Positions 45,504-56,074 of a stretch of 64,000 nt of DNA are shown here, piece by piece. How positions within the stretch are numbered: position 1 is the first letter of the stretch; each line of letters starts with the position of its first letter. The translations under genes and the position numbers were made by a program. Location: positions 549,937 through 613,936 of the forward strand of contig BCKQ01000006.1 of NCBI GenBank assembly GCA_001600695.1. The letters are read 5' to 3'. Origin of the DNA: Ascoidea asiatica JCM 7603 (taxonomy: Eukaryota > Fungi > Ascomycota). A model generated the notes under the pieces. It saw only the letters and a list, made by a program, of their open reading frames with translations, was not told the origin of the DNA and did no database searches.

Positions 45504-47768
45504 GGATGAAGTTGAAGTTGTATTAATATTATTATAATTAAAATTATTTTTAAATTTAAATAAATAAAAATTTAAAAAATTTAAAATTAATAAATAAGAT
45601 TCACCAAAAATTATTGAAGAAAAATTAGATTTAAAAAATTTATTTGGAAAATTATAAAAAATATTTAAATTATTACCAAAAGAACCTAAAAATTTTAAAG
45701 GTATATTATTATTCATATTAATATTAAATTTTTTTAAAAAATTATAATTTAAAGATTGTAAGATTATAATAATTATTGAAAAAAAAATTGTGAAGATGAA
45801 AAAAATAGATTCAAATTTTAAATTTATTATATTTTTTGGAATTTTATTTAAATTATTTAAATTATTTAAATTATTTAAATTATTTGATTTATTTATTGGA
45901 ATTGAAGAATTATTTGAATTGAAAGAATTATTTGAATTTATTGATAAATCATTTAAAGGAATTTGATTATTAATTTGATTATTAATTTGATTATTGAATT
46001 TATTTGAAATATTATTTGAATTGTTATTTGAATTTTTATTTGAAATATTAATTGAATTTTTAATTAAATTTTTATTATTAAATTGATTAATTTTTTTAAA
46101 ATCATTTTTTTTATTATTAATTAAATTTTTAAAAAATTTCCATTCATTTAATAAAGAAGTAAATTTTAAACCTTTATTAAAATTTATTGAAATTTTTAAA
46201 CTTAAAAAAATATTTAAAATTAATAAAAAAAATAAGAAAAATGAAAAAATTTTTAAAATAAAAAATTTTATAGGATATTGATGTATAGCTCTATTTTTAA
46301 AAATAAATAAAGATTGATGTAAAGAAATATAAAAATAGATTAAATTTAAAGACCAAAATAAAAAAAAAAAATAAAAATTTTCAATACAAATTAAATAATC
46401 TAAAATTAATAAAATTAATGGAGATAATAATAAAATTATAATTAAGAAATATGAGATTTTTGTAATTTGAAACATGTCAATAAAATTTAATAAATATTGA
46501 ACAAGCTATAAACATTATATGAGATGATTAATAGCTATATATGAAGTTCTCTCAATAAAATTTAATAAATATTGAACAAGCTATAAACATTATATGAGAT
46601 GATTAATAGCTATATATGAAGTTCTCTCAATAAAATTTAATAAATATATTGGTATTAAAAATCCAGATAAAGTTAAAGTTGATCTATTTATATTAAATAA
46701 AAACATTAATTTTCTTTTTTGAATTGAAATACCAAAATTTTTTGAATTTAATCTATTTAAAAAATTTCTTGCAAATATTAAAAATACAATAAATTGTAAA
46801 AAAAAAGTTAAAGAAGAAATTGCAATTAAAATATAACTAAAAGATTTAAAAATATCAGTTAAATTTCCAAAACTTTGACCAAATAATTTCATTTGAATAT
46901 TATTATTATTATTATTTGGTTTATAAGTAAATGGAATATTTTTAAAAGAATTTGCAGTATCAGAATATAAAATTGAAGTAAAAATTAATATTAAAGATAA
47001 GAAAATTAATAAGAATATGAATAAAATATTATTTTTTTTAGATAAAGCATGTAAAGTTAAAATTAATTGATAAATTTTAGCATATATTAAAATTATAGTT
47101 GGTAAAAAAATATCAAAGGCTGTTGAGATTGTATTTGAAGATGAAGATGAAGATGAAGAAGAGGTATAATTTGTTAAATAAAATGGTTTAAATAAAAAAT
47201 TTGAAGTTACACCATAAGTTGTATCAATATAAGTATTTGCTAAATATATAATTTTAATTAAAATGAATAATTGAAAAGGTAAAGAAATTATAATATTTGC
47301 AATTGAAATAAAAGCAATAAATCTTAAAATTCTATTTTCACCAGTTGATTTTTGATTTTCATTATTTGAAATTAAAATATTTGAAGAAGAATATTTTTGA
47401 TCATTTGAATTAGATTTATTATTGTCTTTGTTATTGATAGTATTAAGTATTGGATTTTTTAAAAAATTAGAATCATTTTTAAATTCATTAATGAAAAAAT
47501 TATCTGAATTTTGAAAATTATTATTAAATTTATTTAAATCATTATCTAAATTAATATTAAAAAAATCATCATCATCATTATCTTTTTCCAATTCTTTTTC
47601 CAATTCTTTTCTTTGTTGTTTATTTATTGAATTGGAAGTAATGATTTCATTTGAATTATTATTTAAATTTAAATTATTCCTATTTCTTATTCTTTGAAAT
47701 TGAATAAAAGATTCATTATCGTTGGATTCATGGATATCATTATGATCCATCAGATTCAGATTCATCAT
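44358..47768 (-). pseudogene. Tandem UPF0658-like multipass membrane protein gene, interrupted in frame by a 150-bp stop-containing insertion (intact form 1086 aa)
   Basis: ORFs 46590-47768 and 44358-46475 are in the same frame (114 nt apart). The first carries the N-half (PTIILIYAKIYQLILTLHALSKKNNI, KRKLMFLFNINRSTL) and the second the C-half (ending ISINFNKGLK) of a UPF0658-like domain. Family call is from remembered motifs. Confidence 0.65.
46477..46647. repeat. 75-bp tandem repeat, 2.3 copies (21-bp direct repeat x3 enclosing two identical 54-bp spacers)
   Basis: TCAATAAAATTTAATAAATAT starts at 46477, 46552 and 46627; the spacer TGAACAAGCTATAAACATTATATGAGATGATTAATAGCTATATATGAAGTTCTC is identical both times. 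Confidence 0.97.
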
Positions 47769-47806
47769 TTTGGATTGATTGAAGGTCCAACTGTTGTTAT
47801 TGATGA

Positions 47807-47807
<1 letters not shown>

Positions 47808-47844
<37 letters not shown>

Positions 47845-47910
47845 AGAAGAAGAAGAAGAAGAAGAAAGTGATAAAGAAGGAAGAGAAAGAAGAGAAAGAG
47901 AAAGAGAAAG
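47808..47910. repeat. Microsatellite cluster (TTGA)n, (GAA)n, (GAAAGA)n
   Basis: Directly visible, upstream of the UPF0658-like gene. Confidence 0.9.
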
Positions 47911-48485
47911 AGTGTTGTTTATATCTGATCTCATTCCCGGCGGCAGCAGACAATCAAGATATACCATACACCACTCCACAGCCACAACGAGGCCCATTGC
48001 TCTGTTCCTGCATCGTGGTTGAATTGCAAAGTAACAACACTCCACCACAGGTACACGTACACGTACACACTCTACTCTCTACCACCACCACTACTTCTAC
48101 ACTACTTCTACACTACTTCTTCACTTCTTCCTCCTCTTCTTCTTCAAATCTCCTGGGGCGTGGTAGAACACTGCTTGGCGGCGTGGCGGTGTCGGGGAGT
48201 GCGAGGGGGCGAGTGTGGCCGTGCCCTGCCTCTTTCTCTTCTTTCTCTTCTAATGGTGAATATACTACTTTTATTACTTTTATTACTTTTTACTATTTTA
48301 CTATTTTATTACTGTTACTGTTACTGTTACTGTTATTCCTATCTCAGATATCGTATTTATATTCTCAAATATCCCAATCTGACTCAATTATTCATTCGTT
48401 TATTCATTCATTCATTCATTCATTCAATTATTCAATAACTTCTTAAGATAACTTCTTAAGATAACTTCTTCAATACATAATCACA

Positions 48486-49967
48486 ATGAAATTATATTCA
48501 ATATTTTCAATTTTATTATTCTTAATATATTTTGTATTTGGAAATATAAATAATAATATAATTAAAATTCCAATAATTTCAATAAATTCTAAATTAATTC
48601 AAAATCCTTCAATAATTATAACAAATATATCTTTATATGATTTAAAAAATGATAAAATTTTATTAAATTTTAAAACTAAAATTTCTACAAGAAATTCAGA
48701 TTCTTTTTTTATCTTAAAACCAAATTCAAATTCAGATTTAGATTCTTCTTCTAATTTAAATTCTGATTTAAATTCTGATTTAAATTATTTATTAAATAAT
48801 TATAATTATTTCTCAAATAATTCTTTATTTAATAATTATTTAATACCAAATATCTCAGTTTCAAATATTTTATTTCCTGAAATTAATTATTCAAATTATT
48901 TTTGGTTTTATTATTCAAATTTTAAATTAAATAATAATATTATTTTAAATAATTTTTCATTTAATTTAATTGATATTAATACCAATAACAATAACAATAA
49001 CAATAATGATTTAAAAAATTATTATAATCAATTATCATTTAATCCAAATTTCTCAAATTCTTCAATAAATTTAAATAAAATTAATTATAATAATTTATTA
49101 CAATCAATCTCAAATACTTCTTTAAATAATTATTCAAATATTATTCAAATTAAATTTAATCAATTAGGTAATTCTGGTAACCTTTCAATAACAAATTCAA
49201 TCTCAAATTTAAATTTAAATTCAAATCTTAACTCTTCATCATCATATCTTTCAACAAATTTATTAAATTCTTCAAATAATTTAAATTTAATTAATTCAAA
49301 TTTTGATAAAAATTCAAAAGGTAATTTTATTAATATTCATTCTTTATATATTAATCATAAAATTTATGATTCAAATAAAATTATTCATACATATAAAATT
49401 CCAATTTTTAATATTCAAGATAATATTCAAGATAATATTCAAGATAATGATAATAATTTATATAATACAAATAATTTAAAATTAAATATTGATATTGATA
49501 ATTATGAATTTTCATTACCTGAAACTTATTTTAATTATATTTTAAATTTTTATCAAGCTAATTTTAATAAAACTTTAAATTCTTATACTTTTGATTGTAA
49601 TTTATTTAATTCAAATTTAGATACTTTAAATATTCAAATATCTGGTAATAATTTATTAAATAATTTAACTTTAACAACAAAAACAATAAAAACAATTTCA
49701 ATACCTTTAAATAATTTTATAAATATTAATAATTATTCAATTTTAAATGAAACTAATTTCTTAAATACTTCTAAATCAAATTATAATTTAATTCAATCTA
49801 AAATTTGTTATTTTGATAATTTAAAATTTAAAAAAATTATTAATAATAATATTAATAATTTAAATTATGGTACAATTGGTCAAATTTTTTTAAAATCAAT
49901 TGATTCAATCTATGATTTTAATTCAAATTCTTTTATTTTTAATCAATTATATAATAATTCTTCTTAA
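48486..49967 (+). CDS. Secreted pepsin-like (A1 aspartic protease fold) protein with degenerate catalytic motifs
   Basis: Signal peptide; KISTRNSDSFF where DTGSSDLW is expected; LNIDIDNYEFSLPETYFNYI..SYTFDCN where DSGTT...LP...Y..DC is expected; C-terminal GTIGQIFLKSIDSIYDFNSNSFIF resembling ILGDxFLRxxYxVYD. Confidence 0.65.
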   Translation: MKLYSIFSILLFLIYFVFGNINNNIIKIPIISINSKLIQNPSIIITNISLYDLKNDKILLNFKTKISTRNSDSFFILKPNSNSDLDSSSNLNSDLNSDLNYLLNNYNYFSNNSLFNNYLIPNISVSNILFPEINYSNYFWFYYSNFKLNNNIILNNFSFNLIDINTNNNNNNNNDLKNYYNQLSFNPNFSNSSINLNKINYNNLLQSISNTSLNNYSNIIQIKFNQLGNSGNLSITNSISNLNLNSNLNSSSSYLSTNLLNSSNNLNLINSNFDKNSKGNFINIHSLYINHKIYDSNKIIHTYKIPIFNIQDNIQDNIQDNDNNLYNTNNLKLNIDIDNYEFSLPETYFNYILNFYQANFNKTLNSYTFDCNLFNSNLDTLNIQISGNNLLNNLTLTTKTIKTISIPLNNFININNYSILNETNFLNTSKSNYNLIQSKICYFDNLKFKKIINNNINNLNYGTIGQIFLKSIDSIYDFNSNSFIFNQLYNNSS

Positions 49968-50282
49968 TTCTCATTTCTCTTCATCTTCATCTTCATCTTC
50001 CTATTCTTATTCTTATTCTTATTCTTTATTTAATAAATAATTTTATTCTTTATTCTTTATTATAAAAATATATAATTTACTATATATATTTAAATATTAC
50101 GTAATGTATTATATAATCAAGTTTCCATTGATATGGATTCAATGCACTAGTACATGTAACTACACCCGTGTGCATTCAATAAATTTAATTAAACCTTTAT
50201 TTATTTATTTATTTATTTATTTCTATTCAATTACTTCCTTAATACATCAATCAATCATTTATTTTGTTAATACATTAGAGAA

Positions 50283-50885
50283 ATGTCAGAATTAAAGTTT
50301 TGTACTGTTTGTGCTTCAAATCAAAATCGTTCAATGGAAGCTCATAGAGTTTTAAAAGATGCTGGTTTTAATGTTTCTTCATATGGTACTGGTTCTGCTG
50401 TTAGATTACCTGGTTCAAGTATTGATAAACCAAATATTTATTCTTTTGGTACTCCATATGATAAAATTTATAAAGAATTACAATCTCAAAATTTTAAATT
50501 ATATCAACAAAATGGTTTATTAAAAATGTTAGATAGAAATAGAAAAATAAAATTATTTCCAGAAAAATTTCAAGATAATAATTTAAAATTTTTTGATTTT
50601 ATTATAACTTGTGAAGAAAGATGTTATGATTCTGTAATTGAAGATTTATTTAATAAAAATTTAAATAAAAATAAATTAGTTCATATTATTAATATTGATA
50701 TTAAAGATGATAATGAAAATGCAATTATTGGTGCTCAAGCTATTTTAAATTTAGTTAAAAGATTATCAAATTATTCAAAATTAAATTCATTTATTTCTTT
50801 TGAAAATAAAATTTTTGATATTATTTCTCAATGGCAAATTGATTATCCAAATTTACCTTGCTTATATAGTAATTTATTCTATTAA
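50283..50885 (+). CDS. SSU72: RNA polymerase II CTD phosphatase Ssu72
   Basis: FCTVCASNQNRSMEAH catalytic CX5R motif, SSYGTGSAVRLPG, ITCEERCYD. Confidence 0.97.
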   Translation: MSELKFCTVCASNQNRSMEAHRVLKDAGFNVSSYGTGSAVRLPGSSIDKPNIYSFGTPYDKIYKELQSQNFKLYQQNGLLKMLDRNRKIKLFPEKFQDNNLKFFDFIITCEERCYDSVIEDLFNKNLNKNKLVHIINIDIKDDNENAIIGAQAILNLVKRLSNYSKLNSFISFENKIFDIISQWQIDYPNLPCLYSNLFY

Positions 50886-51150
50886 AGAATATATATTCTT
50901 AAATTACTTCATTCAAATATGTATAATAGCTTCTTTTTATTAAAAAAAATTATATTTAATAATCTCATTCAAAATCAATTAATAAAATATGTTAATAAAA
51001 ATATTTATTTAATTAAAGGTAACTAAAAAATTAATTAAAAAAAAAAATTCATAAAATAATAAAAATGTTCATAAAGTTAATTAAATATTAGAAATAATTG
51101 GAAAATAGAAAATAAAAATTAAAAAATAAATAAAATCGGAAACATTATTT

Positions 51151-52752
51151 TCAAACACTTTCTTGGTTTGAATCTGCTGCTTTCATTTCAGATTTTGATG
51201 TTTCTCTCATTTCTTTACTTTGATCTTTCATACGTTGATGAGTTTCTTCATATGTACTTGGAATAAATTTTGATGATTGCCATGCATATTTATATTGATC
51301 ATACATTATATCAATATCTTCTAAAGTTAAATTCTTTGTTTCATAAACTAAATAAAATGAACAAATTACACATAATAAATTACAACCTCCCCAAATGAAA
51401 TAAACTCTTGTACCTAAATCTGCATTACCTGGTCCAGAATCAATCATATATGGTGTTGCATATGCAATACCAAAATTCCATAACCAATTTGATGCTGTTG
51501 ATAATGCAACTGATTTACCTCTAACTCTTAATGGGAAAAGTTCACCAACTATAACCCAACAAACTGGACCCCAAGTTGCTGCAAAAAATGCAATAAATAT
51601 ACATGCAAATGCTATTAATGATTTATTTGCAGCATTTGAACTTGTACATTCACCAACAATTGCAATAATAAAATCTGAAATACACATTCCAACAGCTCCC
51701 CAAATTAATAATGGTCTTCTACCAACAACTTCAATTAAATAAACACCAGGTATAGTCATAACCATATTAACAACATTTGTAATAACTTGAACAGTGAATG
51801 CATTTGTAATACCAACATTACCAAAAAATGTTGTACCATAATAAAATATAAAATTTATACCTGTTAATTGTTGTAAAGCTTGTAATGAAGTACCAGTAAT
51901 AATTCTTTTTAATTGAGAATTACCTGTTCTAAATACATCAATCCATGTTGAAGATCCAACAGATTGTTCATAATCAAAATTTGCTTTAATTTCATCATAT
52001 TCATCACATAATTCATTATGATTTATTGGTAATTTTCTAAGTCTTGATAAAGATTCTTTTGCTTTTAATTCTTTATTTTTAGATATAAAAAATCTTGGAG
52101 TTTCTGGTAAAAATAACATTCCAGTACCTAAAATTAAAGACCAAATAAATTGAATTGCAATTGGAATTCTATAACTACCAGAATCATTTCTATTATGAGT
52201 TCCTTGTTCAATACATGCAGCTAAAAATATACCAATAGTTATAGCAAATTGATAAGTTGAAACAATTGCACCACGAACACTTTTTGGTACAGTTTCAGCT
52301 TGATATAAAGGAATTGTTGCGGATATAAAACCTAAACCTAAACCTGCAATAACTCTACCTGCAGCTAATAAACCAATTGAACTTGAAGCAGTTTGTAAAA
52401 TTATACCAAGATTAAAAGTGAAAAAAGCATTAAGAATTATAGTCCATTTACGACCTAAAGTATCAGCAATAAATGGAGCAGCAAGAGAACCAAAAAAAGT
52501 ACCAGCAGATAAAATTGAAACAATTAATGAATGTTCAGAAGAAGAAAATTCATTTGGTTTATCTTCTGGAAAATGAGCTAAAACATATTTCATTGCCATA
52601 ATTCCAGAAATAGAACCAGTATCATAACCATATAAAATACCACCAAAAGCTGCAAATAAACCAACAAGTACAGAAGGCCAAACAGCAGCTTCACTTGGTC
52701 TTTCTGGAGGTTTATAAAAATAAGACCAATATTTTCTAAAAAATTTATTCAT
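51151..52752 (-). CDS. Sugar porter, high-affinity glucose (possibly glucose/xylose) symporter of the Gxs1/Hgt12/Snf3-like group, without a long sensor tail
   Basis: FGGILYGYDTG, DTLGRK, PLYQAETVPKSVRG, PETPRF, QQLTGINFIFYYG, ELFPLRVR, YETKNLTLE; short C-terminal tail. Confidence 0.92.
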   Translation of the reverse strand: MNKFFRKYWSYFYKPPERPSEAAVWPSVLVGLFAAFGGILYGYDTGSISGIMAMKYVLAHFPEDKPNEFSSSEHSLIVSILSAGTFFGSLAAPFIADTLGRKWTIILNAFFTFNLGIILQTASSSIGLLAAGRVIAGLGLGFISATIPLYQAETVPKSVRGAIVSTYQFAITIGIFLAACIEQGTHNRNDSGSYRIPIAIQFIWSLILGTGMLFLPETPRFFISKNKELKAKESLSRLRKLPINHNELCDEYDEIKANFDYEQSVGSSTWIDVFRTGNSQLKRIITGTSLQALQQLTGINFIFYYGTTFFGNVGITNAFTVQVITNVVNMVMTIPGVYLIEVVGRRPLLIWGAVGMCISDFIIAIVGECTSSNAANKSLIAFACIFIAFFAATWGPVCWVIVGELFPLRVRGKSVALSTASNWLWNFGIAYATPYMIDSGPGNADLGTRVYFIWGGCNLLCVICSFYLVYETKNLTLEDIDIMYDQYKYAWQSSKFIPSTYEETHQRMKDQSKEMRETSKSEMKAADSNQESV

Positions 52753-53004
52753 TATAAAATATAATAAAAGATATTGTTGTATATAATAATTGTTTAAAGT
52801 AAAATTTAAGAATATAAAAAGTTTTAAATATAATTTTGTATAATATTATTTAGAATGAATAAAATTTAAATTAAAAGAAAAGAATAAATGAAAAATAAAT
52901 GGGTAAAACAAGAGATATTTATAATAAAATTTTTTAATAAGGAATTATAAATATTGAATATAAATTTTGAAATTTTAGTATGATAATTTCTTTTAACAAT
53001 AATA

Positions 53005-53775
53005 AGAGAGTGAGTGAGTGAGTGAGTGAGTGAGTGAGTGAATAAGAGGGTGAGTAAGAGGGTGAGTGAGCAAATGAAAGAGAGTAAATCTCTTTTAAAA
53101 AAATGTAATAATTCATTGATAAAGAAAAAGGAATAATAATTTCAGTTAAGGAAAACTAAAGATATTCAGTATTGGTATGTAAATACATTTTTTTTTTTCA
53201 AGGGTGTTTTTTTTTCTCCTTAATTTTTTTTTTTTAAATTATTGATTATTTTTGAATTGTGAAATGTGAAATGTGAAATGTGAAATGTGAAATGGAATAA
53301 AGGATCATTCAAAGGATAAATTTTGATAATGATATAGGAAAAACCTGATTAAAATGATCTAATAGGAATTTAAAGATACTAATAAAAAAGTTATTTATTT
53401 TTAAAGGGTAATTAGATTAAAACTTAAATGTAAATGTAAATGATAATACAGTACATTTATACAAAAAATGTTTTAAAAAATGTTTTAAAAAATGTATAGA
53501 AAAAGTATTACTCCATTCTGGGGAGCATAATTAGTACATTATTGAGAAAATCTTAAATTTTTTATATTTTTTTATACATTTACATGGACATTGATTTTCA
53601 TTGTATATATGGAGATATATATTATATTATATTATATTATATTATATTAAATGTAATGTGAAATGTAATGTTAATAAAGTGAGCTCATTCTCCACTTGGC
53701 AAAGATATAGTATATAAATTATCGGATAATTTAGGAATAATTTAGGAATAATTTAGGAATAATTTAGGAATAATT
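53005..53775. repeat. Simple-repeat cluster: (GAGT)n near 53007-53040, (TGTGAAA)5 at 53258-53292, (ATAATTTAGGA)n near 53726-53776
   Basis: Directly visible in the sugar-transporter upstream region. Confidence 0.85.
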
Positions 53776-54297
53776 TAAAAAATTGAATGACCAAATTATA
53801 GAATATTTAAATTTATTATTATATTAATATTAAAAATTTTAATACTTTTACGGAATATTTATTGAATTAATAAGTATATTTTAAATGAATTTTATAAAAA
53901 TTACCAAGAGATAAAATGAAATTAAAAAAAAAAAAAATTTAAATTCAAAAGGAAAATTCATTAATTTTTCCATATACAGTATTAAAATTTATACTGTATA
54001 TACATACATGTATAGTTAAATTTTTAAACCCTTAAAGGATAAATTTCTATATAATATTATTGTAAAGAAAATAAGCCATCCCATCCCATCCCCTCAAGAT
54101 TTGAAAGTTGAAAGAAGAAATTGAAATTTAGATTTTATTAGTTTATTTAAAAAAGTAAATAAATGACAATTTTAGTAATTGGATTAAGTATACTATTGTA
54201 TATTTTAAATTATATTATAATATAATATATAATAATGTATTGTACTTTATTCGGTATGTAATTTAGAGTAATTTATAAGCTTTGGACATACGGAAAA
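53518..54297. promoter_or_regulatory. Candidate glucose-response sites upstream of the sugar porter
   Basis: Rgt1-type CGGANNA at about 53723, 53851 and 54291; Mig1-type CTGGGG at 53518. Short motifs, supported mainly by context. Confidence 0.4.
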
Positions 54298-54735
54298 ACC
54301 CTTTATGAAATTATTAAATCATTTCAATCACGAATACTTGGAGGTTATGTGATATGTAATATGTAAGAAATCAAGGAAAGTAAAATATGATATGATATTT
54401 ATAATATTTATAATATTTATAATATTTATAATATTTATAATATTTATAATTTGATATGATGAATATTTCTTCTTATTCTTGTTAATAAAGTCAAATATTT
54501 CACAATCTTCGTCTGTTTGTGAAAGAAGTTTAGAGCAGGAGAGGAGCCAATGTTCTGGCTTCTACCAACTTCACGGATGGTATGTGCTGCAACGCATTAG
54601 TGCAGCAGTGTACATGTTTGAAAATTCAGGACGTGATTCTGGGACGCTCCGTCCTATATCGTGCTGCTCCTTGTCCCGTGAAAAGCCTTGTTTTGTTTTT
54701 GTGATCTCGCGTGGAGTGGCAAAGAGAAATGCGTA

Positions 54736-54931
54736 CATAACTTGGTGTAACTTGGTGGCCAGGCATAACTCGGTGGCATAACTCGGTGGCACAACTTGGC
54801 GGTGTGGATGGATTCGCCACGGAGTCGTCGCTGCTGGCCGGTCTGGTAGCAAGACGAGCTCTGAGCTCTTTTCGTCTGCTGGAATCTAGCTGAATCTAGC
54901 TGAATGGAGCTGAATGGAGCTGAATGGAGCT
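54736..54931 (+). repeat. GC-rich minisatellites upstream of YKT6: AACTYGGTG(GC)-type units and a 10-bp GCTGAATCTA/GCTGAATGGA array
   Basis: Five AACTYGGYG units at 54736-54803; five 10-bp units at about 54879-54931. Confidence 0.85.
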
Positions 54932-55081
54932 GGTGCAAGAGAAGCAGAACCAACTGAACCAACTGAAACTGCTCAGATACTTCAAAGGCTTAACATCAAA
55001 CACTCGAGAACATTTCAGTTGATTACTTTATTATTCATTTCTTATTATCTTATTATCTTATCACATAACTTATAAATAAAA

Positions 55082-55705
55082 ATGAAGATTTATTATATTG
55101 GAATATTAAAACCAATTTCTGAAGAAAAATCAGTTGAATTATCAACTTCAAGAGATCTTTCTCAATTTGGTTATTTTGAAAGATCAACAGTTTCTGAATT
55201 TATGACATTTATGGCAAGTACTGCAACTTCAAGAACAACACCAGGTCAAAGACAATCAATTCAAGAAAAAAATTATGTTGGTCATGTTTATTTAAGATCT
55301 GAAGGTTTAGCTGGAGTTTTAATTACTGATAAAGAATATCCAATACGTCCAGCTTATACATTATTAAATAAAATTTTAGATGAATATTTAATTTCTCATC
55401 CTCCAATTCAATGGAAAAATATCAAAAATTTAAATGATGTTAATAATAATTTAAATAATTTAAATTTTCAAAATTTAAATAATTATTTAAAAAAATATCA
55501 AGATCCAAGTCAAGCTGATTCTATAATGAAAGTTCAACAAGAATTAGATGAAACTAAAGTTGTTTTACATAAAACTATTGAAGGTATTCTTAGAAGAGGT
55601 GAAAATTTAGATTCTTTATTAAGTAAATCTGATGATTTAAGTCAAACTTCTGCTTTATTTTATAAACAAGCTAAAAAGACAAATTCATGTTGTTTAATTA
55701 TGTAA
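55082..55705 (+). CDS. YKT6: Prenylated R-SNARE Ykt6
   Basis: Longin domain [25 protein letters not shown] motif with RGENLDSL, C-terminal CCLIM CAAX. Confidence 0.97.
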   Translation: MKIYYIGILKPISEEKSVELSTSRDLSQFGYFERSTVSEFMTFMASTATSRTTPGQRQSIQEKNYVGHVYLRSEGLAGVLITDKEYPIRPAYTLLNKILDEYLISHPPIQWKNIKNLNDVNNNLNNLNFQNLNNYLKKYQDPSQADSIMKVQQELDETKVVLHKTIEGILRRGENLDSLLSKSDDLSQTSALFYKQAKKTNSCCLIM

Positions 55706-56074
55706 TCATTCTCTACTTATTCTCCATCTCTTACTAATCTTCTTCTTTTCTTTTTTAATCTTCATATATAGTCTCAATAAATTCATTCAATTTCAATTTC
55801 ATTTCCATTTTAAAAATTCAAAAAAATGTCACGCTTACGTAATCACAAAAGTTCAAATTTTTTATTTTTTTTAAAGACTGAACTAAAATAAATAATATCA
55901 ATTTAACCATAATTATTATTTTATTATTCTTTTATTATATATATCATTGAATAAATAAATGATATTATTATAATATTATCAATTCACTTATTACATTCTA
56001 ATATATATATAAATATATATATATACATTCTCTTTGCTATTCAATTAATTTAATTTAATTTAATATAATATATA

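Noticed and set aside
46498-46551. Loose resemblance of the 54-bp spacer to loxP/FRT arms (ACATTATA, TATGAAGTT)
   Set aside because: No 13-bp inverted repeat around an 8-bp core; the match is explainable by AT richness.
47765-48446. Several overlapping ORFs in the divergent promoter
   Set aside because: Produced by microsatellites and a GC-rich island; low-complexity translations.
54479-54962. Overlapping short ORFs in the GC island
   Set aside because: Stop-codon depletion from high GC and repeats; codon usage unlike the real genes.
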